DNA of 64,000 nt, from contig JBEUKZ010000080.1 of NCBI GenBank assembly GCA_048128005.1, forward strand, positions 248,001 to 312,000. The letters run 5' to 3'. The stretch comes from Veleropilina oligotropha (lineage: Eukaryota). The notes under the pieces are model-generated. The model had not been told where the DNA came from, did not search any database, and saw only the letters and a program-made list of their open reading frames with translations. Position numbers and translations under genes: made by a program. Shown here one piece after another: positions 19,860 through 33,942 of the stretch (its first letter is position 1; every line of letters begins with the position of its first letter).

Positions 19860-21199
19860 ACTTCAGCTTTCAAATTCGCGCATGGCCCTATCACGCGAGA
19901 GTGTGTTAAATAAATTATTTTTTTAAATTTTGACTTATGATTGTACATTATTTTATTTCATGTGAGAGACGATGCTTTATAATTTTAAATAAAGTTTTCG
20001 ATAACGGAATAAGTTGATGCTACATTGAATCGCCGAACTTTCACTGCTGTCAGGGGAGGTAACCACGAAAGCACTCTTCCCCGAGCATTGTTTCAATGGT
20101 AATGAATTGATTACGGAAGTAAACGAGCTGACAAAGATTCATCGGGAAAAGACGGACAATATAAACAAAAAGCATCGGGAAATTGTACGGCAGAAGCCTT
20201 GTACAAATCGGCCCTTGTACGATGTCAGAAAATCAAGTTTGATTAAATATCAGGAACACAATTATCGTAATATTTGGCATATGGAATGTACGGAGTATGT
20301 ACTAGTATTTGTATTTTAATTGTAATAATTTTAAAGTTAGTGGGAAATGTATCAAATCCCGACGCATATGACGCAAAACCGACGATATCCGACAAAATTG
20401 TCTGAATCCGATTTTTGTCGGAAAACCCGACGAGTTACAAACACTGAAGTTACTTACTTGTCACCATGGAGTCAGCTTGTAGTGCCGAATCGCGTCCGCT
20501 CAGGATGGAATTACTGAGTATTATAATTCTACCCTTACCTCCGACTGAATTTTGCCAGTGAACATGGGAAAAAACGCCAGAAGTGTTAGTCGGACAAGGT
20601 GACGCGAAAGTGCAATCAGCCCCAGGCAAGGCCGGAGGATAAATCCTGTAGGACTTAGATGACATGGACCGAAGCAGCTTTCAGTAAACCCTGGGCGTCT
20701 AGGCCGGTAACCAAAAGATGAAGTCAACTTGCGACAAACATACAGCACCTAAAAAGGTTGTGAATGTTACTAGTTATGCAATTATTAATAGATATAAGTA
20801 ATATATACACGTATATATTATATTCCATATTAATAACAAATTCGCTTGACCAATTAGCGAAATGCAAACATGTCCCCATGTTACTTAAAGAAAATTTTAA
20901 AGATTGAATGATATTAAATTTTTTCAATGTCGCAACACCGTAAGCTCATAACAGCAAATGAACTTCAATAATATCAAAATCTAAAAAAAAAAACATTTTA
21001 AGATTTAGCATTTAGCATAAATGTTTAAATTCAATGTGAGTTGGCATGTGTCATGTGAACTCAGATATGACAATTTATTCTGTCCATAAATAGAATTTTT
21101 GGAACTGCAGACACTGAAATCAACACTAATTGCCAGCAAAGCTTCATAATAGAGTTGCACATAATGCAGAGTGAACCGTATAATTACCAATTAAGGATG

Positions 21200-24100
21200 T
21201 ACAATACCTTCACTGTAAATTTGACCTAGTTGTCCTGTAAGCGCAGTGGTGCATTGCAGCACATTGGGTAATGGACAACCCGTCCGCTCCAGTCAAGAAA
21301 TCGTATTCAGACTGGTCGATATCGCTCTATTTCATGGGCACGAACAGCAATCAGGTTGCGGTCAGCTTCGTGGCTAGGGAGTATACCCCCTGGACCGTGT
21401 GACAAATACTTCTCGAGATCGTATTGTTACATACATTGCGGGTGAAATTTGGCAAATAAGAATAAACAAGCGTTTTTTGCCTTGTCGTAATCATGTGTAC
21501 GGTCCAGGTAATATCGAAGCGTACGTACCCGTACCGGGCAGATAGGACGGTCGATATCGTTTCTACCGACGAGGGATAGCTGTGGTAAATGACCTCCGGT
21601 GCAGTATCGTACGGCCGCTGGTTCTTTGCAAGAAATCCCAATGCTGGCCGTAAAATGACCGATCTTTGAACTGGAATCTAATGTCCCGGAGCTCTGCAGA
21701 GAAGTGTATCTCTTGAGGCCATTTGCCCGACGCAAACACAATGAAGTACACAGTTTGTTACAATAAGGTAAGGTTACGTAAGGAAACATTAATACATAAC
21801 GGCTCGAACGGGCCTTCTAGCAGAGCGTTAAGGATAAGGACGATATTCCAAGCAGGCCGCGGCATGCTAATCGGTCTTTCGAGTTCGTAAGACTTTATAA
21901 AGTCAGAAATAGTACGGCCGACGAAAAGCCAATTCGGGAGCGACATTGCTTTGCGCGTAGTCGAGAACGAGGCCCGATAACCTTCGACGGCCAAGACTAA
22001 CAGTCTCGTTCAAATAACGACGTAATAAACTCGATAAACTTGCTCACAGGGGAACGGTGAATAATATTGACTTCCCGCCTGTGATAGCAACCCACAAATT
22101 TTAACCATTGGTAGTCGTAGACTTTAGATGTAGATTGTCTTCGCGATCGGTTAATGCGGCGCGAGAAATCCTTTCTCAACAAGCGATCGTTCAATAAACC
22201 GCCAAGTTGGACGACGGGTGTAACACCCTTGAGCGTGGTTGCATTGACCGGTCCGGTCTCTGCGGTCGCGCTAGCGGTAGATAAACGATAAGCTCGAGAA
22301 GAGTCGGAAACCAAGGCTGCATGCGATTAGAGGCGCTATTAGCGTTATCTCGCAGCGATCTCGCGATGCCTTCTGTAGAACAAGACGTACGTAGTATGTA
22401 CGGCGGAGGGAAGGCATAAGCGATCAGATTCTCCCATGTCATTGACAGCGCGTCGACCGCTAGGGCGGCCGGGCCCGGGGAGACATACAGAGGGAGTCGG
22501 TGAATGAATTCTGTTGCGAACAGATCGACTTGGGGTTGTGACCAACGGCGACAAACTTCCCGAGCTACCTGGTCTGTAGCGTCCACTCTCTGTGTACAAT
22601 CTGCGATTTCCGAGAGAGCGAGTCCGCTCGGACGTTCAATTTTCCCGGGATGTGTCGTGCTCGTATCGTCGAGTTGAGGGACATCACTAGGCGGTGTAGG
22701 TTGATAGCCCGGTCGCACAGGGGACGCAAGCGAGTGCCGCCCTGGTGTTTAACGTATGCAACGACAGTAGTGTTGTCCGTGGCGAGCATTATATGCTTGT
22801 AGCGGAGATGTGACGAGAGGTACTGTATGTCAGGTAGACAGATTTTAACTCTAGGTAGTACATGTGTCGTCCCTGCAGGTCCGTCGGCCATAGGCCTGAT
22901 GTCTCGTAACTGCCGAGGTGACCATCCCAGCCCACGTTCGAAGCGTCCGTGTATAGGAAGGCATTCGGCTCTGGCGGGGATATGAGAACCGACTGGCTCG
23001 GCAAAGCAGGGTTCAGCCACCCTGCTGTCGAGTGATTGAACCCATGCCGAAGATCGATACGATCCGTCCACTGTCCCGTCCGTTGCACCCAGAGGTCTCT
23101 AAAGGCCTGCTGTAACGGTTGTTTGTCCATCCCGTCGGTATAAGGGGCGCTACCGACTCGATGTGCCCTAAGACAGTGGCCAGTTGTCGTGCTGTGGCTA
23201 TCCCCGATGACCTCGTGTCCTGGATAACTGCGCGTAGGTTCTCGATACGTTTTCCGGTCGGCTTCGCGGTGTACCGGACCGTGTCGAAGACGACTCCGAG
23301 AAACGTAAACGTCGTCGAGGGCACGAAGCAGGATTTATTCTCGTTAATCTGAAATCCTAGGCGCTTCGCCGATGACAGGGTAAAGCTCGTAGACTGGAGG
23401 CACAGATCCCGGGACGCCCCGAGGATCAGCCAGTCGTCGAGGTACATATGAACCCTGTGCCCTAGAGAATGTATGAAGGTCCCCAGGGCCTGTACTGTTC
23501 TCGTGAAGACGTAGGGGGCTGACGATAGACCGAACGGTAGACACCTGAATTGGTAGATCGTCTCCCCGTGTATAAACCTGAGGTACTGATGAGCCGAGAC
23601 ATGCATCGGAACGTGTAAGTACGCATCTGTCAGGTCGATAGACGCTGCCCAGTCGCCCGGACGGATGGCCGCTCGTAACTTCGAGAGTGTTTCTTGCCGG
23701 AACTTCTCGGTACGCAAATAGCGGTTGAGGTGCGAGAGATCGAGGATCGGTCTCCAGCGGCCATCGGGGTTCGGGACCAGGAAGAAATAGCTGTAGAATC
23801 CTGGTGTACTGGGCGGCGCGGGATAGATGGCTCCTATCAGGAGTAAGTCCCGCACTGCCTGGTCTAAGACCGCTGGCTTCTCTCCGTGAAGGAGGCGAGC
23901 GCGTCTTAAGTAGACTTAAATAGACTTAAATAGAATTTGTTTGGGTTTAGAAAGTGCATTTCTGCAACTCATATAAAAACCCATTTTGGTAGCTCGGTCA
24001 TCTATAGCCTTCCCTGTCTCTTAAAGTGCTCATCCAAACGATTTTTAAATTGATTTACTGATGTGGACTCCACCACCTTGACAGGAAGGGCATTCCACTC

Positions 24101-27100
24101 ATCTACAACTCGGTTTGAGAAAAAGTATTTTCTAACATCTAGCCTGACCCTCTTTTTGTAAATCTTGAACTTATGCCCCCTTGTTTTATTATGGTTCAAC
24201 TGGAAAAAATAACTAATATCAAGATTGTCTTTTCCTGTAAACATTTTAAATACTTGAATCATGTCACCTCTTATCCTACGCAACGTTAATGTTGTAAGAT
24301 CAAGACTTCTGAGCCTATCCTCATATGTCAACTCTCTGATTTCACCTACCAATTTTGTGGCTCTCCTTTGTACTTGTTCCAATAGTTGGATATCCTTTGA
24401 GAGGTATGGATTCCATGCTTGCACCGCATATTCTAAATGTGGTCTAACCAGATGCTTGTATAAACGTGTTATGATGCCTTTTGACTTAAAAGTAAAATTA
24501 CGCTTTATCATTCCTAATATTTGGTTTCCCTTTTTAGCTGCTTCGATACATTGATTTGATGGTTTCAGTGAATTATCAATCCATACACCCAAATCTTTCT
24601 CTTTTGTCACTACTTCTAGGTCATCTCCTCCCATTTTATAACAATATTTTTTGTTTTTGTGACCCACATGCATTACCTTACATTTGGTTGTATTGAAAAG
24701 CATTTGCCAGTCATCGGACCACTTAACCAGATTATTTAGATCGGTCTGAAGTTTCCTTGCATCTTGTTCAGTTTCTATTATTCTGTAAAGTTTAGTGTCG
24801 TCAGCAAACTTTTTCACTAGAGATGTAATAGCGCCATCAATGTCATTCAAGTAGATTAGAAATAGCAATGGACCCAAGACCGAGCCTTGAGGGACTCCAC
24901 TTAATACACTCTCCCATTTTGACTTAACCCCATTTACAACAACTCTCTGTTTTCTATTCTGTAACCACATTTCTATCCACGTCAATATTGGTCCTTTAAT
25001 ACCATGATTACTCAATTTTTGTATTAGTCTTGGTAGTGGTGTCACGGTTAGGGTTGGATGCCGGTTGTATGCCAACTATCCAGCACTCACGACTGAGTGG
25101 ACCCAGCTGCTGTCTGTCAGCTCCAGTCACGTCTGGCTGTAGGCTAACAGACACGCTCCCACCGGCGGAAGCGCGCAGATGTGTATGTCGCGAGTGTCGG
25201 CAACCCTAGGGCCGTGACGGTTTTCCCCTCCCGCTCTGACGGGATCTGGTTGGAGGGCCTTTCTCGTTGGATTTCCGGGCCTGAGGCCCACCCCTAGAAG
25301 GTTTGGCACATTTGGAAGGATTCGGGCCCCGGGACGGGGCCGAGGGCTTCCTTGAGGGGGCAGGTGGAGGACCCCGAGGGGTGGTCAACACTGCTCGCTC
25401 ACTCGCGCAATCCTTCAGCTCAGTGGCTCTATTGTCGACAAATTCAGCGAACTCGCCTCCGAAGAGAGTCGGGGCCGACAAGGGCGCACATCGCAGAGAA
25501 CGCTGGGTGGCGTCGTCTAACGATGTGCCCTCGAGGCCGGCGCCCCTACGAAGTAGGAGCGCGTTGCCTAGGACACGCGCGGACTCCAACACGTTGCTCT
25601 CCGTGGCAGTGGCAACCTCGTGGAGGAAAGACAGGGCGGTCTCGCGAGAGCCGGGTCCGTCCTCCTGTAGAACGGCTATCGCACCGTGCAGGAACGAGTC
25701 CTGTACGGAAGACAGTCGCAGAGCCCGTCGGGCAGAGCTCTCGAAGGCTTCCATGGCGGCCCATGGTACCTTCGCTACTGAGGGAGATTGGCTGGCGGAC
25801 AGACGACGCATCGCTACGTCAATCTGTGCCGGTTCAGCCACCAGGCACGGCTCAGAAAAGGCGATCGGTAAACATCGCTTACTGGGCCGGAGGTATCTTT
25901 CTCTACGGAGGCCCCGAGGGAACTCCGTGAGAGAAGAAGTCTCCACTGTTTTGCCTCCCTGAATGGCCCGGGTGGTCTGATCAAGGACCACATCCACCAA
26001 GCCAGACTGGGGGAGTACAGGAAGCAGGGAAGCTTCCGATTCGGCAAAACGGTGTGCTGCCGTCCTGTGTTTGACCGTACCTACCGGCCGGGCCGGGTCG
26101 GGTAGATCTAACACCCCGTGAAGCGACGCGACCGCGTTGTATCCTCGGCGGGTGGTGGAGATCGGCTCCTGCATGCCTGATTGACTACGAGAGTCATCGG
26201 GATCGACCGATTCAAGGAGATCGGAACGATCGGAGGGGACGTACTCGTCGGAACGAGGTTCGACCTCCATCACCGAGGCAGGAGCCGTGCTCTGCGCCAC
26301 GGGCAGAGGAGCAGAGACCTGGGGCGGCTGAGCAGCCGGGGAGTCAGGCCCTACTGCGGGCCTCGAATTCCGCCGCAATCATTGCCTGGATGCTCTCCAG
26401 AGAGAGACCAACAGGCATGACGGGCGTCGATCCAACAGCCAGTGGATCGCTCGAGGTTACCGTGGCACATGGTAGACGGGCTGCTGGGCCAGGTTGATAC
26501 GACAACCAGGGTCTCGCATTGCCTGTCGAGCGGTTGCTACCGGAGAACTGGCCAAGAAGCGGGTTAACCGGAGCTCAACCTCAGAAAGACTGCGGCCACA
26601 GTCCCGTGAAGGTCGTCGCTCTGTTCGGTGGGTAGACGGGGGAAACTCCCGCGTGCGTGCCCATCCCGAACGCAGCCGGTCCGTCCGCGCCAACTAGTCT
26701 GAACCCAAGGGGGACAGGGGAGTTGACGGGCCCTCCGACAAGACTGTGAGCTCCGAGGTGTAAGGACGAACCCTGGGGAGGGTCGGTCGCACCATCGGCC
26801 AGTGACTCGGGTTGCGTTGGTGGTCCGGATCTTAAACCACCTTGGTGGTGTCCGGCAACTGTTCCAACTTTCTCTGCCGTCAGCTGTATGCCGCTCGACA
26901 TATAGCTTCTTGCAGAAGGATTAGCCGTCCCCTGCTCTTCCGAGGCCGGAAGAGAGGAAGGGGACCGCCTGCCCTGTTCAGCCATTCGCTGTAAGGTCCA
27001 ATGTACCTTGTTAGCCGACAAGGTACTGCTGGACGCAGCTACTTGGCCCATGGTTCGAGGAGATTCGGACAGCACTCGGGCTACTCTTACCTCCTGAATG

Positions 27101-27412
27101 TGGAACGCCGGCGAGGTTCCGACGGCTTTCCCCAAAGCCGCGGGGGTGTCGGCGGCGGGTCCTGCGATATGCGATGCCCTAGTTCGCGTGTCGCTTCAAG
27201 TCCCTGAAACAGACGAATTAGAATTAGATCCTAACTTACCCGTCATCTGTTCCTCCGGGGAATGCCCAACCGAGTCGAACTCCCTGGTAGTCTTCGCGGG
27301 TGGGTAGGTGAGTGCCCACTGCCTATCCGTTAATGCAAAACAACAAGGGTATTTTGCGCTATAGTTACGGTGTATGTGTTTGATTACACTCCGGGTTGCT
27401 GTAGCGGGCCAT
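21200..27412 (-). pseudogene. Decayed gag/pol/YR of DIRS copy 2
   Basis: ORF fragments homologous to copy 1 (21351-22314 YR, 22191-23855 pol, 25206-27441 gag) with many frameshifts and stops. Confidence 0.92.
23908..25026 (-). mobile_element. 5'-truncated CR1-clade LINE (RT and C-terminal domain)
   Basis: GVPQGSVLGP, FADDTK, VRPHLEYA, TRGH, FFSNRVVDEWNALP; 3' tail (tctatttaag)n; gtctt duplicated at 23903-23907 and 25027-25031. Confidence 0.93.
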
Positions 27413-28540
27413 AGCTGATCACGGGACCACGCCCTGATCACATGGGTAGGATAGGTAGTAGGAAACAGGGAATTTAAGGGATATCCGGGTAGTGCCCTTC
27501 ACGTGATATAATCTACTACACCTTAAATTTTATAGGGGTCTCTAATCCGAAGTATAAGGATAAGACCGGATATCAACCTGTGACTTGTTATTAATTACGC
27601 TTCGAGTTGCTCGGCAACCCTAGTTACAGAACAAGTATCCCGACTAGAATTGACACCAAGTCCGACGTATAAGCTTTATTAAAACGGCTTGTCGGAAACT
27701 AACAAATTGAATGCAGGCGGATATATATAGATAGAGGAGGCTATATATAGATAACAGCCGCCTTAAAACACATGAAAACCTTGTGGATGTTGATTTCAAT
27801 AGGTTAGAACTTTGGCGAAATATCCCAGATTCGGCAGATAGGCCAAATAACGCACGTTAATACCTAAATATCTGCCTTGTTAGCGACGCTAAATTCGATT
27901 GAACAAAGTTACTAAGAATGTAAGCAAGATACGCCGCTAAGGAATTATCTAATATATATATGAATTACACAGTAATATCAAGCAATATTAGAACAACACT
28001 TCTTCCTTTGAAAGGTTCGGATACACAAAACTTTCCCGCTTGAAGAACTTTTTCCGAGCGGCCCTCTTTAGATACTTTTTTCACTTGTATATCCAAGATG
28101 GCGGCCAAAAAACTCGTGGCCAGAATCACAATTATTTAAATTTGATAATCCGGCTCCGAATAGTACTCCTAATCACAGTTAGTGTGTTTCTACAGATTAT
28201 ATAATATAATCGGCCCAACATTGTGCGAAAGAAACTCTTTAAAGGTACACTTTAAAGCAAATATCGTCTTTTATTTTAGACAACAACTCAAGCACGTCCG
28301 GACTGATTGACGGATGACTTAAAATTGACATGCCCTGTCTTGGTCTCTGAGGTCTCGCGAGACTTGGGGAGGTCTCGCGAGACTTGGGCAGATCTCGGGA
28401 GAGGAACATAGAGGGTGAGCAGGGGAGGTAAGCGTGTGTAAGATTTAAGAGAAAGTGAAAGCGTGTTTCACAGTTTCCGGTCTAGCGATAATATGGCTAT
28501 TATGGCATTGGTAATGACGTAGAGTATATTGCTACTAATA

Positions 28541-28636
28541 CTTGAACATTCACTGCGGACGGCCGGCCAGGCGGCCGGACGGGTGGATGTACATCATCAT
28601 TACATAGGCTCGCATCTGCGTTGCATGCGAGCCAAA
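28541..28636 (+). mobile_element. 3' end of the HINE-like repeat split by DIRS copy 2
   Basis: ggacgg microsatellite; hairpin ggctcgcat..atgcgagcc followed by A-tract. Confidence 0.7.
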
Positions 28637-29797
28637 TGTAACCTTTGATAGCCTACATAAACTAATGTAGATCATATAAATAATTTTTAAAAATATATAA
28701 AAAAGTAATTTTTTTTATATGTAATTTTTTTCAGTAGCTGTTCATGCTTTATCTCATATCAAATGAAAGAGTATGTACACGTAATTGTCAATAGTTTGCC
28801 ATAACTGAACAGTGCCACCATATATGTCAGAAATATATTTTTTAGCAAAAAAATGGATATGGTAATTTTGACAAAATAATACTAAACATCATACTATTAT
28901 GTGTCAATCAGCAATAAAGTTATCAGTCTGAGATATTTTGTTATTATTATTGTCAGATTTATCCCAAAACAATATTGTTTTAAAATATATAATTATATAC
29001 TGTAACTTTCTTAGTTTCATGCCAAAATATTCATTATCTATAAGCTGGAAGTCATGCTAATAAATATTGAGTTTTATCTGACACGCCCCTTTCTATAAAT
29101 AGAACCCTGTCTCTGAAACCGGTCTAGCATGTGACCAGTTATGCCTCGTAAGTACATTAGCATTATCTAGGTCAATGCTAGAGTCGATATATAATTCGCT
29201 TTTCCCAGCAAAATACCCATTTGCAACTAATAGTATAGTTTCGTTGGAGTATACATAAGTTAACGTGTTCTGTCCAAACCCGGAAGTGAAAACGTATCTC
29301 AAATAGTTGTACTAGCATTTGACATATGCTAGCGACAAAAAAGAGATAAAATGACATCCCTGCTACATAAATATTGAACAAGAAAGGGCCCTGGATGAAC
29401 ACATGCACTTGCAGACACATTAAACCTGTGTTGACAAGCAATAATTAACACAGTGTTAAAAGCACAAGGTCGTTTTAGACCTTATGCGGCACCAAAGAGT
29501 TAATGAGCGATAATACTATTGATCGTAGATATTTCTGGCATTCACCATCCTGTTACTTGGCACTGGGCCATGGTTTGCAATCTCAGCGAATATTAAAAAA
29601 AAGGGGGCCTAAACCTGAAGCTTGAGAACATTTTGCGTTGACTTGAGTGGGAATAGAGTGACTGTTGCCTAGACCAACATACTGATATCTTTGCTTTATA
29701 TACAAATTTAAGTTTCAAAAATTATATGAGTTTAATTTGGTAATAAGATATTGGTAATAAATATTGGTTGACAGAAGGTAATTTTGTGAACCCTGAT

Positions 29798-30010
29798 TGT
29801 TACCTTCGCCCACGTAGTGGTGGGAGAAGGTATTGCAATCAGGTTGGTTTGTCTGTCTGTGTGTCTGTCTGTCCACGATCATATCTCGACAACCGTTGCT
29901 CAGATCAACTCAGTTTTTGCACACAAGCCCACCCTACGCTTTGTCCTCCTCAAAGATGATCCGAATCGGATAGCGGATTACGCAATTTCTTAATTTTTAA
30001 GACATAACTA
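29798..30010. mobile_element. Helentron-like non-autonomous element end
   Basis: Hairpin taccttcgcccac..gtgggagaaggta followed by (gtct)n. Confidence 0.45.
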
Positions 30011-30084
30011 GAGGTACGATCCTCATACAGGCCCGCCTTTTGGATATATAAATCCATAGAGAGGAAAATAATCAATAACTCTAT

Positions 30085-32310
30085 ATCTTCAAAGTGCCAT
30101 CTGGAACGGAAATACACGAAAATGACCTTGACCTTTGACCCAGAGACTCCATTTTTGAACTTAACCAAGGCCTGATGGTATACAAGGCGCATACCCAAGA
30201 TGAAAGCTGTAGGTCCAGCGGTTCATCTTCTATGTGACAGAAAGCAATCTTCGAAGTGCCAGAATGGAAATACACGAAAATGACCTTGACCTTTGACCTA
30301 GCGACCCCATCTTTGAACTTGGGCTAGGCCTGATGGTATACAAGGTGCATACCCAATATGAAAGCTGTAGGTCCAGCGGTTCGTCTTCTATGTGACAGAA
30401 AGCAATCTTCGAAGTGCCAGAACGGAAATACACGAAAATGACCTTGACCTTTCACCTAGCGACCCCATCTTTGAACTTGGGCTAGGCCTGATGGTATACA
30501 AGGTGCATACCCAATATGAAAGCTGTAGGTCCAGCGGTTCGTCTTCTATGTGACAGAAAGCAATCTTCGAAGTGCCAGAACGGAAATACACGAAAATGAC
30601 CTCGACCTTTGACCTAGCGACCCCATCTTTGAACTTGGGCTAGGCCTGATGGTATACAAGGTGCATACCCAATATGAAAGCTGTAGGTCCTGCGGTTCTT
30701 CTTCTATGTGACAGAAAGCAATCTTCGAAGTGCCAGAACGGAATTACACGAAAATGACCTTGACCTTTGACCTAGCGACCCCATCTTTGAACTTGGGCTA
30801 GGCCTGATGGTATACAATGTGCATACCCAATATGAAAGCTGTAGGTCCAGCGGTTCGTCTTCTATGTGACAGAAAGCAATCTTCGAAGTGCCAGAACGGA
30901 AATACACGAAAATGACCTTGACCTTTGACCTAGCGACCCCATCTTTGAACTTGGGATAGGCATGATGGTATACAAGGTGCATACCCAATATGAAAGGTGT
31001 AGGTCCAGCGGTTCGTCTTCTATGTGACAGAAAGCAATCTTCGAAGTGCCAGAACGGAAATACATGAAAATGACCTTGACCTTTGACCCAGCGACCCCAT
31101 CTTTGAACTTGGGCTAGGCCTGATGGTATACAAGGTGCATACCCAATATGAAAGCTGTAGGTCCAGTGGTTCGTTCGTCTTCTATGTGACAGAAAGCAAT
31201 CTTCGAAGTGCCAGAACGGAAATACACGAAAATGACCTTGACCTTTGATCCAGCGACCCCATCTTTGAACTTGGGCTAGGCCTGATGGTATACAAGGTGC
31301 ATACCCAATATGAAAGCTGTAGGTCCAGTGGTTCGTTCGTCTTCTATGTGACAGAAAGCAATCTTCGAAGTGCCAGAACGGAAATACACGAAAATGACCT
31401 TGACCTTTGATCCAGCGACCCCATCTTTGAACTTGGGCTAGGCCTGATGGTATACAAGGTGCATACCCAATATGAAAGCTGTAGGTCCAGCGGTTCGTCT
31501 TCTATGTGACAGAAAGCAATCTTCGAAGTGCCAGAACGGAAATACACGAAAATGACCTTGACCTTTGACCCAGCGACCCCATCTTTGAACTTGGGCTAGG
31601 CCTGATGGTATACAAGGTGCATACCCAATATGAAAGCTGTAGGTTCAGCGGTTCGTCTTCTATGTGACAGAAAGCAATCTTCGAAGTGCCAGAACGGAAA
31701 TACACGAAAATGACCTTGACCTTTGACCCAGCGACCCCATCTTTGAACTTGGGCTAGGCCTGATGGTATACAAGGTGCATACCCAATATGAAAGCTGTAG
31801 GTCCAGCGGTTCGTCTTCTATGTGACAGAAAGCAATCTTCGAAGTGCCAGAACGGAAATACACGAAAATGCCCTTGACCTTTGACCCAGCGACCCCATCT
31901 TTGAACTTGGGCTAGGCCTGATGGTATACAAGGTGCATACCCAATATGAAAGGTGTAGGTCCAGCGGTTCGTCTTCTATGTGACAGAAAGCAATCTTCGA
32001 AGTGCCAGAACGGAAATACACGAAAATGGCCTTGACCTTTGACCCAGCGACCCAATCTTTGAACTTGGGCTAGGCCTGATGGTATACAAGGTGCATACCC
32101 AATATGAAAGGTGTAGGTCCAGCGGTTCGTCTTCTATGTGACAGAAAGCAATCTTCGAAGTGCCAGAACGGAAATACATGAAAATGACCTTGACCTTTGA
32201 CCCAGCGACCCCATCTTTGAACTTGGGCTAGGCCTGATGGTATACAAGGTGCATACCCAATATGAAAGGAGTAAGTCCAGCGGTTCATCTTCTAGGTGAC
32301 AGAAAGCATC
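30085..32310 (+). repeat. 158-bp satellite array, about 14 units
   Basis: Period 158 (30230, 30388, ... 32134); two adjacent units of 162 bp; tgaccttgacctttgacc box. Confidence 0.97.
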
Positions 32311-32377
32311 AGGCGACGGACGGACGACGGACGCCAGTACACGGCTATAGCCCTGCCTTTAGAAGGCGGGCCAAAAA
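32311..32377 (+). mobile_element. HINE-like 3' end capping the satellite
   Basis: ggacggacgacggacg, hairpin gccctgcctt..aaggcgggc, then AAAAA. Confidence 0.6.
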
Positions 32378-33942
32378 TCTATTAATCTGTGCCTAATCTG
32401 TATCAAATTACAATGTGTTCCCATCGTGTATACACCTTGTTTACCTGACAGCCAGTAAGGTCTGTGACATGAGCTGACCTCTGTGTTTTGATTAGATGCG
32501 AATGCATGGAATTGATACAGCTGCTTGTTTTAACTGTCATTCATTATTTCATAGAAAGCCCACCAACATGTCACTCACTCACATTGGCTAAGCGTGTCGT
32601 TAGGTAAATATAGATATATCAACACTTATGCCATTAGCAGTATATATTGGTAACTCGTTCCATTGAGCTCAGGGGCCTGCGCTCTCTGTCTATTGTGAGC
32701 GCAATAAAATGACAAACATCATAACTAATGTGCATATACCGATTTGGAATCAAATCGGATTAGAACTTTTCACTGTAGTGCATACAATAAATCTCTTCAA
32801 ACAAAATGGCTGCCACGACGGCCAACTTGAATACAAAAACAACGCAAATCATTATGCGACGTTTCATCATCATATCAAAAATGTATATCAAATTTGATAT
32901 AAATCGGATAATAACTTTTCAGTGCGCACAAGAAATCTCGTCATACAAAATGGCCGCGATCCAAAAACAACGAAAATTGTTAGGCGGCGTGTCCTCATCA
33001 TAACTAATGCACATACCAAATTTGAATCAACTTGGATAATAACTTTTCACTGTAGAGCGCACAGAAGAAATATCTCCAAACAAAACGATACCACCATAAA
33101 TTATACATTTACCTTTATGATTATCAGATGACGCCTGCACGCCACCGGTGCCCCGGGCGTTACTAGTAGGATAGCGGCCGTTCGTTTTGTCACGTGACGT
33201 GTGATCATGTGACCAGTGCCATTTACAATTACCGGTACTAGAATTTTGCAATCACACAGTGGATTAATACAACTAGATTGTAATCATGAATCAGAAAGTG
33301 TATGAACTTTCCAGCGATCTTGGCGAAGAGAAGCTGAGAGATTTAGAGTTTAGCGCTAGGTCGGTGTCGACGCAGAAGGCCACTACATGTATACATATGG
33401 AGTGAAAAAATTCAACCAATGGCTTACAAAACGAGAGCTTGAGTGTGAGAACATAATTATATTGGCGTCTGATTATTCTTTTATAATATCTGATAATAAT
33501 AGTAATAACATGGTTTGGAATGATTATCGGTCAAGACTGTCAGGCTGATAATCATTCATGTCAGACCAATAAAACAGCACGAGACTCCCTTCAAAACCAT
33601 GTTATTATTATATAATAGTCGAGTCCAAAGGCAGAATTAGCCATATCGTAGTGTTTGTAAGTAAATTCAGCGCCCCCTAAACAACTAGAACGTCGAAGCC
33701 GTGATATGGCTCGCATGACATATTGCACAATTCTATAGTAGCCATACATTAATTAAAATGTCTGGAGTTCTTAGAAGCAATCACAGTAATATATCAAAGT
33801 GCTGAAATGTCGGAAAGTGAAAGGAGTGTTTGTTTCGCAACATGAACGTACTTGTTTGTTAAATAAGTTGCAGTTGGTCCCAAATTTGATTTCATTCCGA
33901 ATACCATATCAGGTGTCAATGCCAGAGTAATGCAGATCATAG

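Larger units (their letters stand above)
9816..20446. mobile_element. Non-autonomous DNA transposon, 13-bp TIR, 6-bp TSD (hAT-like)
   Basis: cagtgtttgtaac...gttacaaacactg; aagtta duplicated at 9810-9815 and 20447-20452; copy 1 shows the empty site. Confidence 0.88.
9368..28540 (-). mobile_element. DIRS1-like element copy 2, decayed, with nested insertions
   Basis: ITRs about 9368-9594 and 28316-28540, ICR about 9672-9760; sequence resumes at 20447 in register with copy 1; frameshifted ORFs. Confidence 0.95.

Noticed and set aside
30081..32288. Repeated 67-aa ORFs (MYFRSGTSK...)
   Set aside because: Artefact of the 158-bp satellite; the period is not a multiple of 3
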